This document shows positions 10,271 through 21,355 of a stretch of DNA of 64,000 nucleotides, piece by piece. Under the pieces are notes generated by a model that was not told the DNA's origin, did no database searches, and worked only from the letters and a program-made list of their open reading frames with translations. The stretch is from an uncultured virus (IMG/VR IMGVR_UViG_3300019132_000039) (lineage: Duplodnaviria; Heunggongvirae; Uroviricota; Caudoviricetes). The translations under genes and the position numbers were made by a program. The stretch lies in IMG/VR virus record IMGVR_UViG_3300019132_000039. One strand, written 5' to 3'. Position 1 is the first letter of the stretch, and the number at the start of each line of letters is the position of its first letter.

Positions 10271-10885
10271 ATGTCAGTAATCGAGAAAAACCTGCCCTTT
10301 GATTTGGAAACCGATCTATTTCGGAAAACGGCTCTTGAGCCAGGATTTTATGATCAAATTCTTGATAAAGAACATATGTACAAAACTGTAACACCACATC
10401 ATATTAAAACAAGCATTCACCAATGCTTTGCTTGCAATAATAGACGATATGTTAAACCATTAGAATTAAGCAACTTTGATGCGTCTGTCATGATTATTGG
10501 AGAAACACCCAGTGATATCGATTTCCAAACCAAAGAAGGTAAGCTGCTGGCTGATACATTGATATGGGCAAAGTTTTCATTAGATGATGTGTATTTTACA
10601 TCTTTAATCAAATGTGAAGAAAGTTCAACTCCTGAACGCTGTCAACATCATTTGTTATCGGAAATTTTATGTGTGCAACCACAAATGATTATTGCATTAG
10701 GCTATGATGTTGGTAAACACTTTGATCCTTCTATCAATTGTGCAGGTTATACATCTGTCCTTCTCGATCGGTATGAAATGATTACGACGTATCGAACGTT
10801 GTATACTATGAGCAGTCAAGAATGGTTTCAAGAGTATTGTCATCATATGTTACGAGCAAAGCAGAAGGTGGAGAGTAAACTGTAA
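10271..10885 (+). CDS. Uracil-DNA glycosylase family 4-like protein, degenerate active site
   Basis: CxxC, VMIIGETP, VYFTSLIKC, EILCVQPQMIIALG. Confidence 0.7.
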   Translation: MSVIEKNLPFDLETDLFRKTALEPGFYDQILDKEHMYKTVTPHHIKTSIHQCFACNNRRYVKPLELSNFDASVMIIGETPSDIDFQTKEGKLLADTLIWAKFSLDDVYFTSLIKCEESSTPERCQHHLLSEILCVQPQMIIALGYDVGKHFDPSINCAGYTSVLLDRYEMITTYRTLYTMSSQEWFQEYCHHMLRAKQKVESKL

Positions 10886-10900
10886 AGGAGTTCGTAACAA

Positions 10901-11182
10901 ATGAAGGAATACAAACAGGATTACACACTAAATCAAGCAGCACTCATGCTAGCTGTTCACCGAGATACCATCATGTATTGGGAGGAAAATCATCTAATTC
11001 CCCCAGCTCGACGCAATCCGAGAAATAACTATCGTGTCTATAATATTGATGAGATTATGGAAATTGCTCGTATACGTGGCATTGGTGTAGTGGATATAGA
11101 TGCTGTTGAGCGTGAAAAAGAACGTCGTCGCACAGAGCGTCGTCGCAAGAAACAACAAGAAATCGATTTATCCTGTTTCTAA
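10901..11182 (+). CDS. MerR-type HTH DNA-binding protein
   Basis: YTLNQAA...VHRDTIMYWE..LIPP.RR...NYRVY. Confidence 0.8.
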   Translation: MKEYKQDYTLNQAALMLAVHRDTIMYWEENHLIPPARRNPRNNYRVYNIDEIMEIARIRGIGVVDIDAVEREKERRRTERRRKKQQEIDLSCF

Positions 11183-11227
11183 AATATGCCTCTAATACCA
11201 AATTTATCATAAATTTTGTCGGTGAAT

Positions 11228-11400
11228 GTCGAAATTTGCGAAATATGATAGGCTATCAAACTATTGACACTTATTACCGAACAGAGTATATTAATACCAG
11301 AACAGTTGATGGGAACATACGTTCTGTCGATTAACGTCGAAATTTGCGAAATATAGTTTATCCTTGAAATATTGACACTTATTGCTGAAAAGGGTATATT
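11228..11400 (+). promoter_or_regulatory. Tandem duplicated SigA promoters (108-bp period)
   Basis: TTGACA-17-TATATT at 11264/11287 and 11372/11395, each preceded by GTCGAAATTTGCGAAATAT (11228, 11336). Confidence 0.85.
11313..11324. promoter_or_regulatory. LexA (Cheo/SOS) box
   Basis: GAAC-ATAC-GTTC matches the Gram-positive GAAC-N4-GTTC box, about 20 nt downstream of the first -10. Confidence 0.7.
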
Positions 11401-11494
11401 TAAACAAGTAGGCAGGAATAAAGTCCTATAAATCGCAGGATTTTAAAGGAATTTAAAGTAAAATATACCTAATTGTCGAAAATCCTTGATAAAC

Positions 11495-11571
11495 TGTAAT
11501 GCATTATGTTTAAATTATTTTTAAATGAGGTATATTACTAGATAATCACTCATAATGTGTAATGTATTACA
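11495..11571. promoter_or_regulatory. Two TGTAATGCATTACA-type operator sites
   Basis: TGTAATGCATTATG 11495-11508; TGTAATGTATTACA 11558-11571. Confidence 0.7.
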
Positions 11572-11595
11572 AAGAGAAAAGGGGTTGTATCAAGG

Positions 11596-12114
11596 ATGTT
11601 GACAGAAGAACAGGTATTGGAAATTCTGAGTCAAAGTGAAATTCAGGTTTACCAGTATATTAAAGAACAAACCGAAAGGAAAGAGGGCCCAATACGGGAG
11701 CCTATGAAGCAAATCGGTGAAAAATTGGGACTCAGTGAAGCCACAGTTCATCGTGCTGTGAAAAAATTACGTAAACAGGGGGTCATAGGCATTGTTCCAT
11801 CTGTAGAGAAATCGGAATCCAATGAAATCGTATATTATGGGATTCCGGATCCGGACAAGCAAGTGCATGAGATTTTTAAGATGATTGATGAATTGAGTTC
11901 AAGTGCAAATCGCTTTGAAACGATATTAAAAACCAAAGAGGCACAAATTGAGCAACTCAAGAGGGATAAGGAATTACTTTATCAAAAAATTGATCAATTA
12001 GAAGAAGAACTTCGAAAAGCTCATGCCGCTCAAGCAGGTTTGGATCCAAGAAAGATTGTTGTGTCACAACCTCTCGATGATGGAACAGTTGCTTATATAG
12101 TGAAAACAAAATAA
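11596..12114 (+). CDS. Winged-HTH regulator with coiled coil
   Basis: MKQIGEKLGLSEATVHRAVKKLRKQGVI HTH. Confidence 0.8.
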   Translation: MLTEEQVLEILSQSEIQVYQYIKEQTERKEGPIREPMKQIGEKLGLSEATVHRAVKKLRKQGVIGIVPSVEKSESNEIVYYGIPDPDKQVHEIFKMIDELSSSANRFETILKTKEAQIEQLKRDKELLYQKIDQLEEELRKAHAAQAGLDPRKIVVSQPLDDGTVAYIVKTK

Positions 12115-12397
12115 GAAAAAAGGGGTTGTCATTCTTGTCACTATACAATGCGGGCATTGCAAAACAATCAGACTATATGGCGGCGAGATTGATTCGATTT
12201 GTAGAGCATGAAGAGTTTTGGAATGAAGAAGCGAAGAAAGAGGTCAGGGATGAGCTTCTTCTTCGCATTACTGCTTTTCCAGAACTAGCTCCAGTATTAG
12301 CTCGTTCAATTATGCATGTTTATGCTAACAAAATCCAGCGACTTTGTGATGAATATGATACTACTTCGTTGTCTCTTTATTGCGAGCGTGAATGTGT

Positions 12398-12865
12398 ATG
12401 AATGTTTTGGAACGCTTGCTACAAGAAGATTTTACACGTTGGGATATCTTAATTGATGAGTATGAGCAAATGAATCGATCTTTAAAAGTGCCGTCAGTGG
12501 ATAAGACAGCTTTGCATCATTTCAATGTTCGTGTTGAAGAAGAATACACCAAAGCGTTGTATGACTTTGGTCGGGCACGACGAAACAAAGATGCAATTCA
12601 GCGGTTGATTAAAAACGTTCTAGAAGATTACTATAAAGGGCCTAATGAACAAGCTCGTCGTGCAGCGGGTATTCAGTATGCCCGAAATTATCCGGCACCA
12701 GATTTTTATCATTCGCCTACAGTTAACTTATTTGATTTAGAAGATCGATTTTTAGGATATTACTATGCATTAGAAGCAACGGTGAAATCTTTGGAAGCAA
12801 AAGCATCAGCGAAAATTACTAGCAATTCGTTGCTAAATATTGAAAAGAGTATTGTTTCTTATTAA
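12398..12865 (+). CDS. Hypothetical helical protein
   Basis: ORF coupled to the upstream ORF 12126-12401. Confidence 0.65.
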   Translation: MNVLERLLQEDFTRWDILIDEYEQMNRSLKVPSVDKTALHHFNVRVEEEYTKALYDFGRARRNKDAIQRLIKNVLEDYYKGPNEQARRAAGIQYARNYPAPDFYHSPTVNLFDLEDRFLGYYYALEATVKSLEAKASAKITSNSLLNIEKSIVSY

Positions 12866-12953
12866 GAAGGAGGCACGAAGGAGAATTTGGTGTCTCCTTC
12901 TTTCTTTTAGAAAGGCATTACAACAACAATAATTTGACAAGAGAGTAGGAACA

Positions 12954-13520
12954 TTGATGGATTGTGTATATGAACAAGAATGCGGCAATGCAGGAAAATC
13001 GTGCTTTAAATGCTTTCATTATAATATGTATCGGCCTTTAAAAGAACGCAAAACTTTACAATCTAGATCGTTAAGCCGAAAAGAAGCAAAAGAAGGAATG
13101 GAATTTGAAAATAGAGGAACTCGCTCTTATAACCAAGCAGTGCGAAAAGCTAAGGATGTGGCTCGTCGGCAATTGGCATCTGGTGCTTTTCACTTTGCTC
13201 TGGGCGATATGATTACTGAAGAAGAAATAACGGCTGCATTAGCCGAATATAAGGAGCGTGGTGCAGTTGATGCAAGAGGTTCTAAACAAATTACTATCAA
13301 GAAGGAATGGCTCGATAAATTGGAGGAAGAAGCTCGGCAAATGGGCAGAGATTATTATTTTCTTCCTTTTAGCTTTAAAGGTTGTCCTAAAGATTATGTG
13401 GCTCTTGATTATAATATCCTTTTGTCTTATGTCCAAACTATTCAATCTTTGCTTGAACAAAATCGACTCCTTGTTGAACAACTCAAAGCATTACGTTCCG
13501 ATTCATATGGAAAGAAATAG
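12954..13520 (+). CDS. PD-(D/E)XK nuclease, Holliday junction resolvase-like, with N-terminal Cys cluster
   Basis: GMEFE...SGA...GD...AEYK...ITIKKEWLDK. Confidence 0.65.
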   Translation: MMDCVYEQECGNAGKSCFKCFHYNMYRPLKERKTLQSRSLSRKEAKEGMEFENRGTRSYNQAVRKAKDVARRQLASGAFHFALGDMITEEEITAALAEYKERGAVDARGSKQITIKKEWLDKLEEEARQMGRDYYFLPFSFKGCPKDYVALDYNILLSYVQTIQSLLEQNRLLVEQLKALRSDSYGKK

Positions 13521-13709
13521 GTGATTTGATATGAATGTAGTTTTTGCTACGGTAATTGGTGTTCTTTTTTCTACACTTATTCAGTTGACCTTTCATGCTT
13601 CTATGACAGAAGGTTTTATTGTGTATCTGGCTGCCTATAGTGCTTGTTTGTTGACTATTAAAGAACGTGAACAAATGATCATTAAAAGAAAAGAAAGGGA
13701 TGAATAAAA

Positions 13710-14779
13710 ATGTTAGGTCATCGAATGAGAAAGTTATTTGTTAAAGGAGAAGTTGTAAATGTTTGTGAGACAGATGAAGGAACACATTGTATGGTAGTTA
13801 TCACGAATGATGGATGGCATGTGTGCAAAACTGCTTTCTTTGTACAAGACATCGAAGACTTAGAGGAACAATTTTATGATTATTTAGAAAGTGATGAATT
13901 TCAGCGAAAGCTTCGAGGATAGGGAGGAAAATATATGCCATTGACTCTTAATGATGCCAAGTTGAAGGATTATGAGGTTATGGATATACTTATTAAATCC
14001 TTATCGGGTGAAAAACCTTTGGAGGAAAGCGTGAAAGAACTTTCAATAGGTTTATTTCCTCACTATAATTTAGAAGGAAAGGCTTTAATAAGAAAAGTTC
14101 GACCGCAATTGAATAAATTTATTAAAGCGATCTCGGGTGTTCATGTAACTGATTTATATTTTGAGGAAAATACACTCATATGGGAATTACAGTTTTCAAA
14201 ATTAGATACTTTTAAAAACCATCATTCTGATATCTGTCAATTTTCTCAACGTTTAGCCGATCAATATCAATGTTCTATAGATATACGTTATTATTTATGG
14301 GAGGCTATTTGCCCTCAAGATCCTTCTCTTTTAGAGAAATCATCCGAACATAATATATCTATGTCTAATTTCGCAGTTGTACTAGAAGATTAAAAAAGGA
14401 GTGACAATAGATGAGTATTCCATTTCATAATACAGGATATGGTCGTCGATTTTTTGATCAACAATTGCCGGACTTAATTAAAGCGATTCATCGTATGGCA
14501 AAAGCACAAGAAGAAAACAATGAACTGATGCGGGAGTATATCGAGCTATCAAAGAAAAATATTGATATTCAATTAGAATCTTTCCAACTTCAAAAAGATC
14601 ATGTTCAGCAGCATCAAGAAATGCTTAATATAGAAAAGACGATTTATCATAGCATGGAGAAATTATTACAATATCAACAAATGGAAATGATGAAGCATGT
14701 AGAAAAAAGGATTGGTGAATCTCTTGCAGCAGTCAAAGAAACATTCTTATCTCAATCAGAAAAGGATATGGAGCGATAA
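13710..14779 (+). other. Three hypothetical ORFs (13710-13922, 13935-14393, 14411-14779)
   Basis: Packed ORFs with RBS. Confidence 0.6.
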
Positions 14780-15359
14780 GGATAAAGAGTTTTTATTGGA
14801 ATCATATGGAATAAAAAGTATGAGCTATCTTATAAGACATTTAAAACGCAGTAAAGAGGCCATCCATCAAAAGTATAAAGAATTAATGGGATTTCAAGAT
14901 ATGAATCTTGCAGGTGGTCTTTTATCTCCTCCACAAGTAGCAGAAGCTCTTGGTGTCAATCATCGCACCGTGATTCAATGGATTTGCCATTTTGGTCTAA
15001 AAGCCAAACAATTACATAAAGTAACAAAATCAGATAAGCGATATCGTTATTTCATTGATCCCTATGATTTATGGAAATGGATCGAATTACATAAAGAACG
15101 AGTAAATTTTGCACATATCAAACGAGGAATCATTCTCCCAGAACCAAAATGGCTAGATGAAGAAATCACAAAAGCAAAACAGGTAAAACGTCCTACGAAT
15201 TGGACACAGGAGGAAGATGAAGCAGCTTGGTTTTGGTGGCAAAGTGGTATGAATTATCGTGAGATTGCACGTCGATTAGGTCGTCCAGAAAAAGGAACTC
15301 AACGACGCTTAACTGTTATTCGAAAGAGAAAAGGGGAGACACATCGGAAAACCAACTGA
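14712..15359 (+). CDS. Multi-HTH DNA-binding protein (start uncertain)
   Basis: SPPQVAEALGVNHRTVIQW; WTQEED...GMNYREIARRLGR. Confidence 0.7.
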   Translation: MVNLLQQSKKHSYLNQKRIWSDKDKEFLLESYGIKSMSYLIRHLKRSKEAIHQKYKELMGFQDMNLAGGLLSPPQVAEALGVNHRTVIQWICHFGLKAKQLHKVTKSDKRYRYFIDPYDLWKWIELHKERVNFAHIKRGIILPEPKWLDEEITKAKQVKRPTNWTQEEDEAAWFWWQSGMNYREIARRLGRPEKGTQRRLTVIRKRKGETHRKTN

Positions 15360-15371
15360 GGAGGTAAGGGG

Positions 15372-16235
15372 ATGCATCGACCTGTTATTTCATTGCGGGA
15401 TCGCATTGCTCAAAATAAATATTTTCATTTTGAGATTATTCAAATTGGCACAGGTGGAAATGGAGGTTACTTATTGCAACGCCTTTCCAAATTATTGTAT
15501 AGCTTATCACAGCAAAATGAATTATTTTCATATCGCTATGTCATTGTAGACGGAGATCAGGTAGAACCGAAAAATGTATACCGTCAGCCTTTTATTGAGC
15601 AAGATATAGGACTTCCTAAAGTAGAAGTGTTAGCCAATCGTTACAGTAATGCATATGGAATCCCGATCCATTATCGGGCTTCTTATATCGAACAGGTAAA
15701 GGAATTGCAGGATTTATTTTCTTATCATCGTTCCCATTTTTATGTGGACATTCCTGTTTTATTGGGGTGTGTGGATAATAATGCTACCCGTCAAATTATG
15801 CATCAACTATTTGAAAAAATGTCAACCATTGTTTATATCGATAGTGGAATTGACTCCGTGAACCCAGAGGAAATTCCTTCGGTTCAGCGGAAGATGGGAT
15901 ACTCCGGTCAAGTTGTATGTGGATTCAAATGGTATTCTCAATTAATTTTGGAACCTGTAGGAATGGTATATCCGGATATTTTAGAAGACACCGATTCTCG
16001 TTTGCCTACGCAAGCATGTGGAGAACAAGTTTTGTATTATCCGCAGCGCATGCAAACCAATGAAACTGCTGCACTTGTAATGATGAGTTATTTGAATATG
16101 CTTTTGTCTGAATCCATGATTATGTCACACTATGTTAATTTCAATGCTCAAACCATGTTAATGCGTCCTATGTATATTGAGGAGCAACAAATGATGAGGT
16201 GGTCTTCAGATGAAAAACAAGCAAAAGCGGTTTGA
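15372..16235 (+). CDS. ThiF/E1-like adenylyltransferase, PRTRC-type
   Basis: IGTGGNGG, VDGDQVEPKNVYRQ, PK, GCVDNNATR, YIDSG, GQV, Cys in QAC. Confidence 0.88.
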   Translation: MHRPVISLRDRIAQNKYFHFEIIQIGTGGNGGYLLQRLSKLLYSLSQQNELFSYRYVIVDGDQVEPKNVYRQPFIEQDIGLPKVEVLANRYSNAYGIPIHYRASYIEQVKELQDLFSYHRSHFYVDIPVLLGCVDNNATRQIMHQLFEKMSTIVYIDSGIDSVNPEEIPSVQRKMGYSGQVVCGFKWYSQLILEPVGMVYPDILEDTDSRLPTQACGEQVLYYPQRMQTNETAALVMMSYLNMLLSESMIMSHYVNFNAQTMLMRPMYIEEQQMMRWSSDEKQAKAV

Positions 16236-17051
16236 TTTTTCTAGATTTATGGAATCTTTACAGTCGGCTAATAATCGTTATTCAGATCAAGAGCGTAAAA
16301 TCAATTATCGCATACTCCGATTGTACCGAGAAATCATGAGGAGGGAAAACATTACAGATGAATTTCTTCAATCTGTTACCCAGGAAGAATTGGAATGGAT
16401 ATTAGATATGGTGATGTATTGGCCTTCCTATGAAGCAGGAGCTTATGACGAGGATTGGGATCATATTGGGGTTCAATCGTTTCAGATTGAAGATATTATT
16501 CAATACTTAGGCCAGATGCCTACCGTAAGAAGGGAGGTTGCATTCTTTTGAGTCTTCTTTATGAAGAAGAACGATACGAAATTGCAGAAACCATTGATGT
16601 TGTCATGATGATGAAATTTCTATATGACCTTGGAGAAGATTATATAACAGATAAACACCAAAGCATTAATGGTGAAGACTTTTTTCTTCGGGCGATCACA
16701 CGATTAGAACATCGTTTTCGTTTTTTCCGAGCAAAAAACGAACCAGATACCCCTCATTGTTATGAAATTGCTTTTCTATTTGATTGGACTATGATACCAG
16801 AAATACTGGTTTCCCAAGTAAAAGAAACCATAAAAAATGCTGTTCAAACTTCAGGTTTATACTACGAAGATTTTGAAGGGGATTGGCAAGAAGACGGATA
16901 TTTTACGATTGAATATTATAGCACCCCTATGTTTTCGAGCTTGTTGTCAAATTTATGGATGGCTTTAAGTCAAATTCAACAGGATATTCAAAAAGCCACA
17001 CAAAACACTCAAGAATCATTATCATCCTCTATGCAGGAGGGATTATTATGA
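16210..17051 (+). other. Two acidic hypothetical ORFs within the PRTRC module (16210-16551, 16548-17051)
   Basis: Translationally coupled between the ThiF and E2-like genes. Confidence 0.6.
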
Positions 17052-17731
17052 AAGCAGTGATTACACTTGATAATCTGGAATTAGCTAAAGTAGAGCTTGA
17101 GGAAAATGGAATACAAAGAACGTTACATCTTACTTTGCAGCAATTAGCAGAACTTTTATTATCTTCATTGGTAGAGGATTACAATGAACCAAAAGAGGAA
17201 CCGGCAAAACCGATTTTAATTAGTCCATCATTGCCTCTAAATACTGTCAAATATGCAAAGAAAAGCGATGAATCCCATTTAGTATTTCTTTCGTATCCGG
17301 AAACAACAGCGACTGTTCAATACCATCAAAGCGTGTTTCAAGACGTTCCGTTTCCTAATTTGGTGTTTTTCTTTGCGGTAAAAAATCAGCGAGTTTCTAA
17401 TCGCCAAGTGTTTGCTTACAAAGACCGTTTTTTACGAGATGATACTAAGCTTTATCGCTATCCGTATTCCAACGTATACGAAAATGGTCGTATGTGCTAT
17501 TACAGTGATGAAACTGTTAAAGATTTAGTTCAGCTACAGACCTTTCCACACCGATGGCTTCATACGCCATTTAATGATCACTTGTATTTTCCGAGACAAG
17601 TAAATTTAACCAGTAAGCCACTTCGACAATTGCTTGAGGAATCACAAGGAAAACCTTTTGATTACAGTATTTTACGTCCTGCCCCTCAGAATTTGACTTT
17701 TCACGAATGGGCAGAGTCAATTATAAATTAG
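17048..17731 (+). CDS. Prokaryotic E2 family D-like protein (PRTRC protein B-like)
   Basis: VPFPNLVF...TKLYRYPYSNVYENGRMC...FN; GGAGG RBS before ATG 17048. Confidence 0.75.
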   Translation: MKAVITLDNLELAKVELEENGIQRTLHLTLQQLAELLLSSLVEDYNEPKEEPAKPILISPSLPLNTVKYAKKSDESHLVFLSYPETTATVQYHQSVFQDVPFPNLVFFFAVKNQRVSNRQVFAYKDRFLRDDTKLYRYPYSNVYENGRMCYYSDETVKDLVQLQTFPHRWLHTPFNDHLYFPRQVNLTSKPLRQLLEESQGKPFDYSILRPAPQNLTFHEWAESIIN

Positions 17732-17753
17732 TAAATCATTAGGAGGTATTACT

Positions 17754-18227
17754 ATGAACATGGAATTTGAAAAAGAACAAGAACAACAAAACCAAAACAT
17801 CCAGGTATATCAAACAGAGCCGGAGGATGAATCACAAGAAACCAAAGCTCCTGATTTAGATGACATTGATGATGATATTGAAGTTCCTGAAGAAGATCAA
17901 CAATTGGACTTGTTTGGGGATATACAACCAGTTTCCACAAAAAAGACTGAAAAATCATCATCAAGTAAAAAAGAGAAAAAAGAAACAAAAGCAGAAATCA
18001 AAAAAACAACATCTAAAGCAAAAACAATAGAAACGGTTGGCGCAGAATTTACAGTGTATTATGCAGGACACAAAATTCCTGTTCCAAAAGATAACATGAC
18101 ATTAGAAGAAGTACGGGAATTTCTAGAAGGAGATTTCCCAGAACTTTCTAGTGAACGCACTGAAATGACCATTGATAAAGATAAAAAACATATTGTACCC
18201 GTCGTTAAGGGAGCGAAAAAAGGATAA
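17754..18227 (+). CDS. Prokaryotic ubiquitin-like protein (PRTRC protein C-like) with acidic N-terminal extension
   Basis: YAGHKIPVP...MTLEEVREFLEGDFPEL...GAKKG ending in Gly; internal QLDLF. Confidence 0.75.
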   Translation: MNMEFEKEQEQQNQNIQVYQTEPEDESQETKAPDLDDIDDDIEVPEEDQQLDLFGDIQPVSTKKTEKSSSSKKEKKETKAEIKKTTSKAKTIETVGAEFTVYYAGHKIPVPKDNMTLEEVREFLEGDFPELSSERTEMTIDKDKKHIVPVVKGAKKG

Positions 18228-18282
18228 ATATACCCAAAAAGAAGTGGAAAATGGATAATTCAGTTAAACAAGGAGAAGGAAT

Positions 18283-19674
18283 ATGCAGATTGTTCAGAAA
18301 CGTCATAAGGAAGTCATTGAAGTGTTTCACAATGATGTGGAAGAAATGCATGAAAATATTCGAAAACTACAAAAAGAAGGATGGTCTGGAAATACTCGTG
18401 TGTCTGTAACAGGCGTACCTCTTTGTATATTGAGCATTCAAGATGTAGAACACTTTCAAAAACAATATCCTCATGTGAAAGTCCATGAGGATAAATCAAT
18501 ATATTACGGAACGTATGTGTATTTTACAATACACGAAAGAGAAATAAAGTAATGCATTACTTAATTAAGGAGGAAATCAAATGGGTCGTTATATTTATTG
18601 CGATGGTGAATACGTATGGAAGTATGTATTTGCACGTCAAAGTAGTGAACAGGGTCGAATTTATGAAGAGCTAGGATTAGGATCTTATAGTTATGATGAT
18701 TATGGTGATTCATTGACATTAACTATGGATGATGTACCGGCGTTAAAAGAATATTTGAAAAGCCGCAATTTTGATCAGTTATTCAAAGAATTTATAGAAC
18801 TTCCACAACAGTATGAAGGTCAGACTTTATACCATGATAGTGAAGGAAATGTAATTGGCGAAGCCATAAGTTTCGGTTCACCATTAGATGAAGCACAAAG
18901 AGAATTTCAACAAACTCATGATTTTTACTTTTTAGAAATGATTGATACAATGGTGCGCTTTATGGAAGAAAGATATGAGTCTTCTGGGCAGATTGAATTT
19001 ATTTTTAATGGTGAATTCTAAAGGAGGTTTTATGATGAGTCAACAAGTAGCTATTCAAGTTTTAAGTGCTCTATCTTCTTATGGGATTCCAATAGATGAT
19101 CAGGAATTATGGGGTGAAATGTTACGTAAAGTGGAAAATATCTTAGAATCTCATTCTTATGAAATTATTTCTAATGATCCAGATACAGTGGCTGTTATCA
19201 GATGGCATCGTGAAGATATTGCCTCTATGTTACAGCAAAATGGAATTGAACCAACAGAATCTCATATTGATGCTGTCAAAAAACGTAGTGATTGGATTAA
19301 AGATAGTTCTGTTCAGACAGGATGGGAAATCATTGACGACATTATTGGTATTTTAAAATCAGAAGGAGCTTTTTCTTCTACCCCTCCGGGGGATTTAGCG
19401 GAAAATCAAGAGGAAAACGAAGAAGAAGGAGTGGAATCAAATGGCTGAGAAAAAACTTCGTGTCGTGTTAGACATCGCTTTACGGTACTACAATTTAAAA
19501 GATGCAGAAGTTCAACCAGAAGACTTAGTGGATAAATTAACAGTTCATGGTGACATAGTTTGTGACGGTGTGGTCATTAGCCGGGATATTGTGAATGGTT
19601 ATGATCACACGGATGAATTTTTCTTTGATGAAGACAATACTTATATTGTTTCTACTGAAATCATTGAATCTTAA
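18283..19674 (+). other. Hypothetical ORFs (18283-18552, 18581-19021, 19032-19448, 19441-19674)
   Basis: Packed ORFs with strong RBS; operator AGTAATGCATTACT at 18548-18561. Confidence 0.6.
19382..19404 (+). promoter_or_regulatory. CCCTCCGGG-N8-BGRAAA element, copy 4 (inside the 3' end of an ORF)
   Basis: ccctccggg ggatttag cggaaa. Confidence 0.7.
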
Positions 19675-19691
19675 TCAAGGGGGAATTTAAA

Positions 19692-20381
19692 ATGACAGCA
19701 GCCAATCCAAAGTTATATGAAGCCTTTGCAGAAGAAGCAAAAGATATTAATGTTGCAGAACTGATGCAACAGATGATGGAGGCGTTTAATCAAGAAAAAG
19801 GATATACACCAACACCAATGGATGAAATTCGTATCCGAAAAATGATGTTAGCCCGGAAACATCTTGAAAAAGAAGCTGAACGTTTAATCATTCTTCGGGA
19901 TGCAATCATTGATGACTGGAATACAAAAATTAAAAATAAGGAAAAGGAAATTGAGAATATCAACCGTTTTATTGAAAAGTATTTAAAGGAAGTCAATAAC
20001 GGTGAAAAATTGTCATTGGATATTGGAACAGCTGCTTTACGTCGTTCTGCACCAAGAGTAAAAGTCATTGATAAAGATAAAGCTCGTGCTTTCTTGCAAG
20101 AACACGGTCAATTAGAAAAATTCCTTAAAGCACCAGAATTAGATACGACACTGTTGCAAAATGCTTATCTCAATGATTTTCATAATCGAGTAGAACAGGA
20201 AGCTCAAAAACGGATTCAAGAAGAAATTGCCGCAAGTCCAAAAGGAAAGATCACTAAAAAGCGAGAAGGCGAAATTCGATTAGAAGTCGAACGAGAGTTA
20301 GCGGATTCATACTTTAATCGACTTCCGGATTTCCTCGAATATATCCCGGAAGAACAAAAGCTGTCCATTACCATGAAATAA
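19692..20381 (+). CDS. Mu Gam / gp157-like host-nuclease inhibitor
   Basis: Coiled coil then KLSLDIGTAALRRSAPRVKVIDKD, resembling the Gam family. Confidence 0.65.
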   Translation: MTAANPKLYEAFAEEAKDINVAELMQQMMEAFNQEKGYTPTPMDEIRIRKMMLARKHLEKEAERLIILRDAIIDDWNTKIKNKEKEIENINRFIEKYLKEVNNGEKLSLDIGTAALRRSAPRVKVIDKDKARAFLQEHGQLEKFLKAPELDTTLLQNAYLNDFHNRVEQEAQKRIQEEIAASPKGKITKKREGEIRLEVERELADSYFNRLPDFLEYIPEEQKLSITMK

Positions 20382-20395
20382 TCAGCAGGTATAAC

Positions 20396-20683
20396 ATGAT
20401 TGCCACCGATCGTACAATATTATTTTATTTTCGTGGTGTTCCGGTTGTGCATGTAACATCGTTGCGGATTCCTTCAGATGAACGACAAGAAGGGTTGTTT
20501 TACTATGATATTCGTCATGATGAAGAAGATTGGTGTGAACCAGTTACTGTAGAGCCTGGGGTACTTGTGAATCATTTTGGCACAATGGTCACAACAAAGC
20601 CGCTGACTTTTTCAACCGAATTTGGGTTTCAATCCATAGAAATTACTGAAGAAGAAAAAGAGATGATTTATCATCATATATAA
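20396..20683 (+). CDS. LPD28-like domain protein
   Basis: GLFYYDIRHDEEDWCEPVTVE..VLVNHFGT. Confidence 0.65.
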   Translation: MIATDRTILFYFRGVPVVHVTSLRIPSDERQEGLFYYDIRHDEEDWCEPVTVEPGVLVNHFGTMVTTKPLTFSTEFGFQSIEITEEEKEMIYHHI

Positions 20684-20685
20684 TA

Positions 20686-20720
20686 AAAAGGCTCGCAGTC
20701 ATGTGAGCCTTTTTCTTTTC
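20686..20720 (+). terminator. Rho-independent terminator
   Basis: AAAAGGCTCGCA/TGTGAGCCTTTT followed by a T tract. Confidence 0.75.
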
Positions 20721-21276
20721 ATACATTGTATTGATGTCATATAAAGAGATTCTAGGAGGGAGTTTGTATGCATAAAAAATTTCAAAATCTTAATAATGAA
20801 CACTTGTTGACTCTTTTAGATGATTGCTTAACACGAGCGAAAGATGGAGTGAAACTTCGAAATTGGGATTATGTTCAATCTCAAATAGAAAAAGCGAAAG
20901 AAGTTCAAAAAGAATTGTCATTTCGTTTAGGTAAGGTGACATTGCTACAATGAATGAATTATGGGAAGTCATCAATGAACGCTTTTCTATTCAAATTGTA
21001 GCCAAAACCACTGTGAATTGTTCTTTACTGCAGCATCCTCCGCACAAGGGAATCTCATACGATGACATTGAAGAATATGGAGAAAATGTAGAACTAATTT
21101 TAATTGATCAAAAAACAGGGTACCAAACTAAATTTCGTCACATTAATCATATGAGTGATACACAATTGTATGATTTTATTTTAGAGCAAATAGAAGAAAT
21201 ACTTGAAGAAGAATGATAAATCTCTAAGTTTTTTTGCCACGAATAAAATTTTTCTCAAAAATTCGTGGCTTTTCCC

Positions 21277-21341
21277 TTGTATTTCCCCAAGTTTTTGACT
21301 ATACTAACATTATGAAAGGCGTTACATTGTAATGCCTTACA
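21277..21341 (+). promoter_or_regulatory. SigA promoter followed by tandem operator sites
   Basis: TTGTAT-17-TATACT (21277/21300); TGAAAGGCGTTACA 21313-21326 and TGTAATGCCTTACA 21328-21341. Confidence 0.7.
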
Positions 21342-21355
21342 TGAGGTGAATAAAT

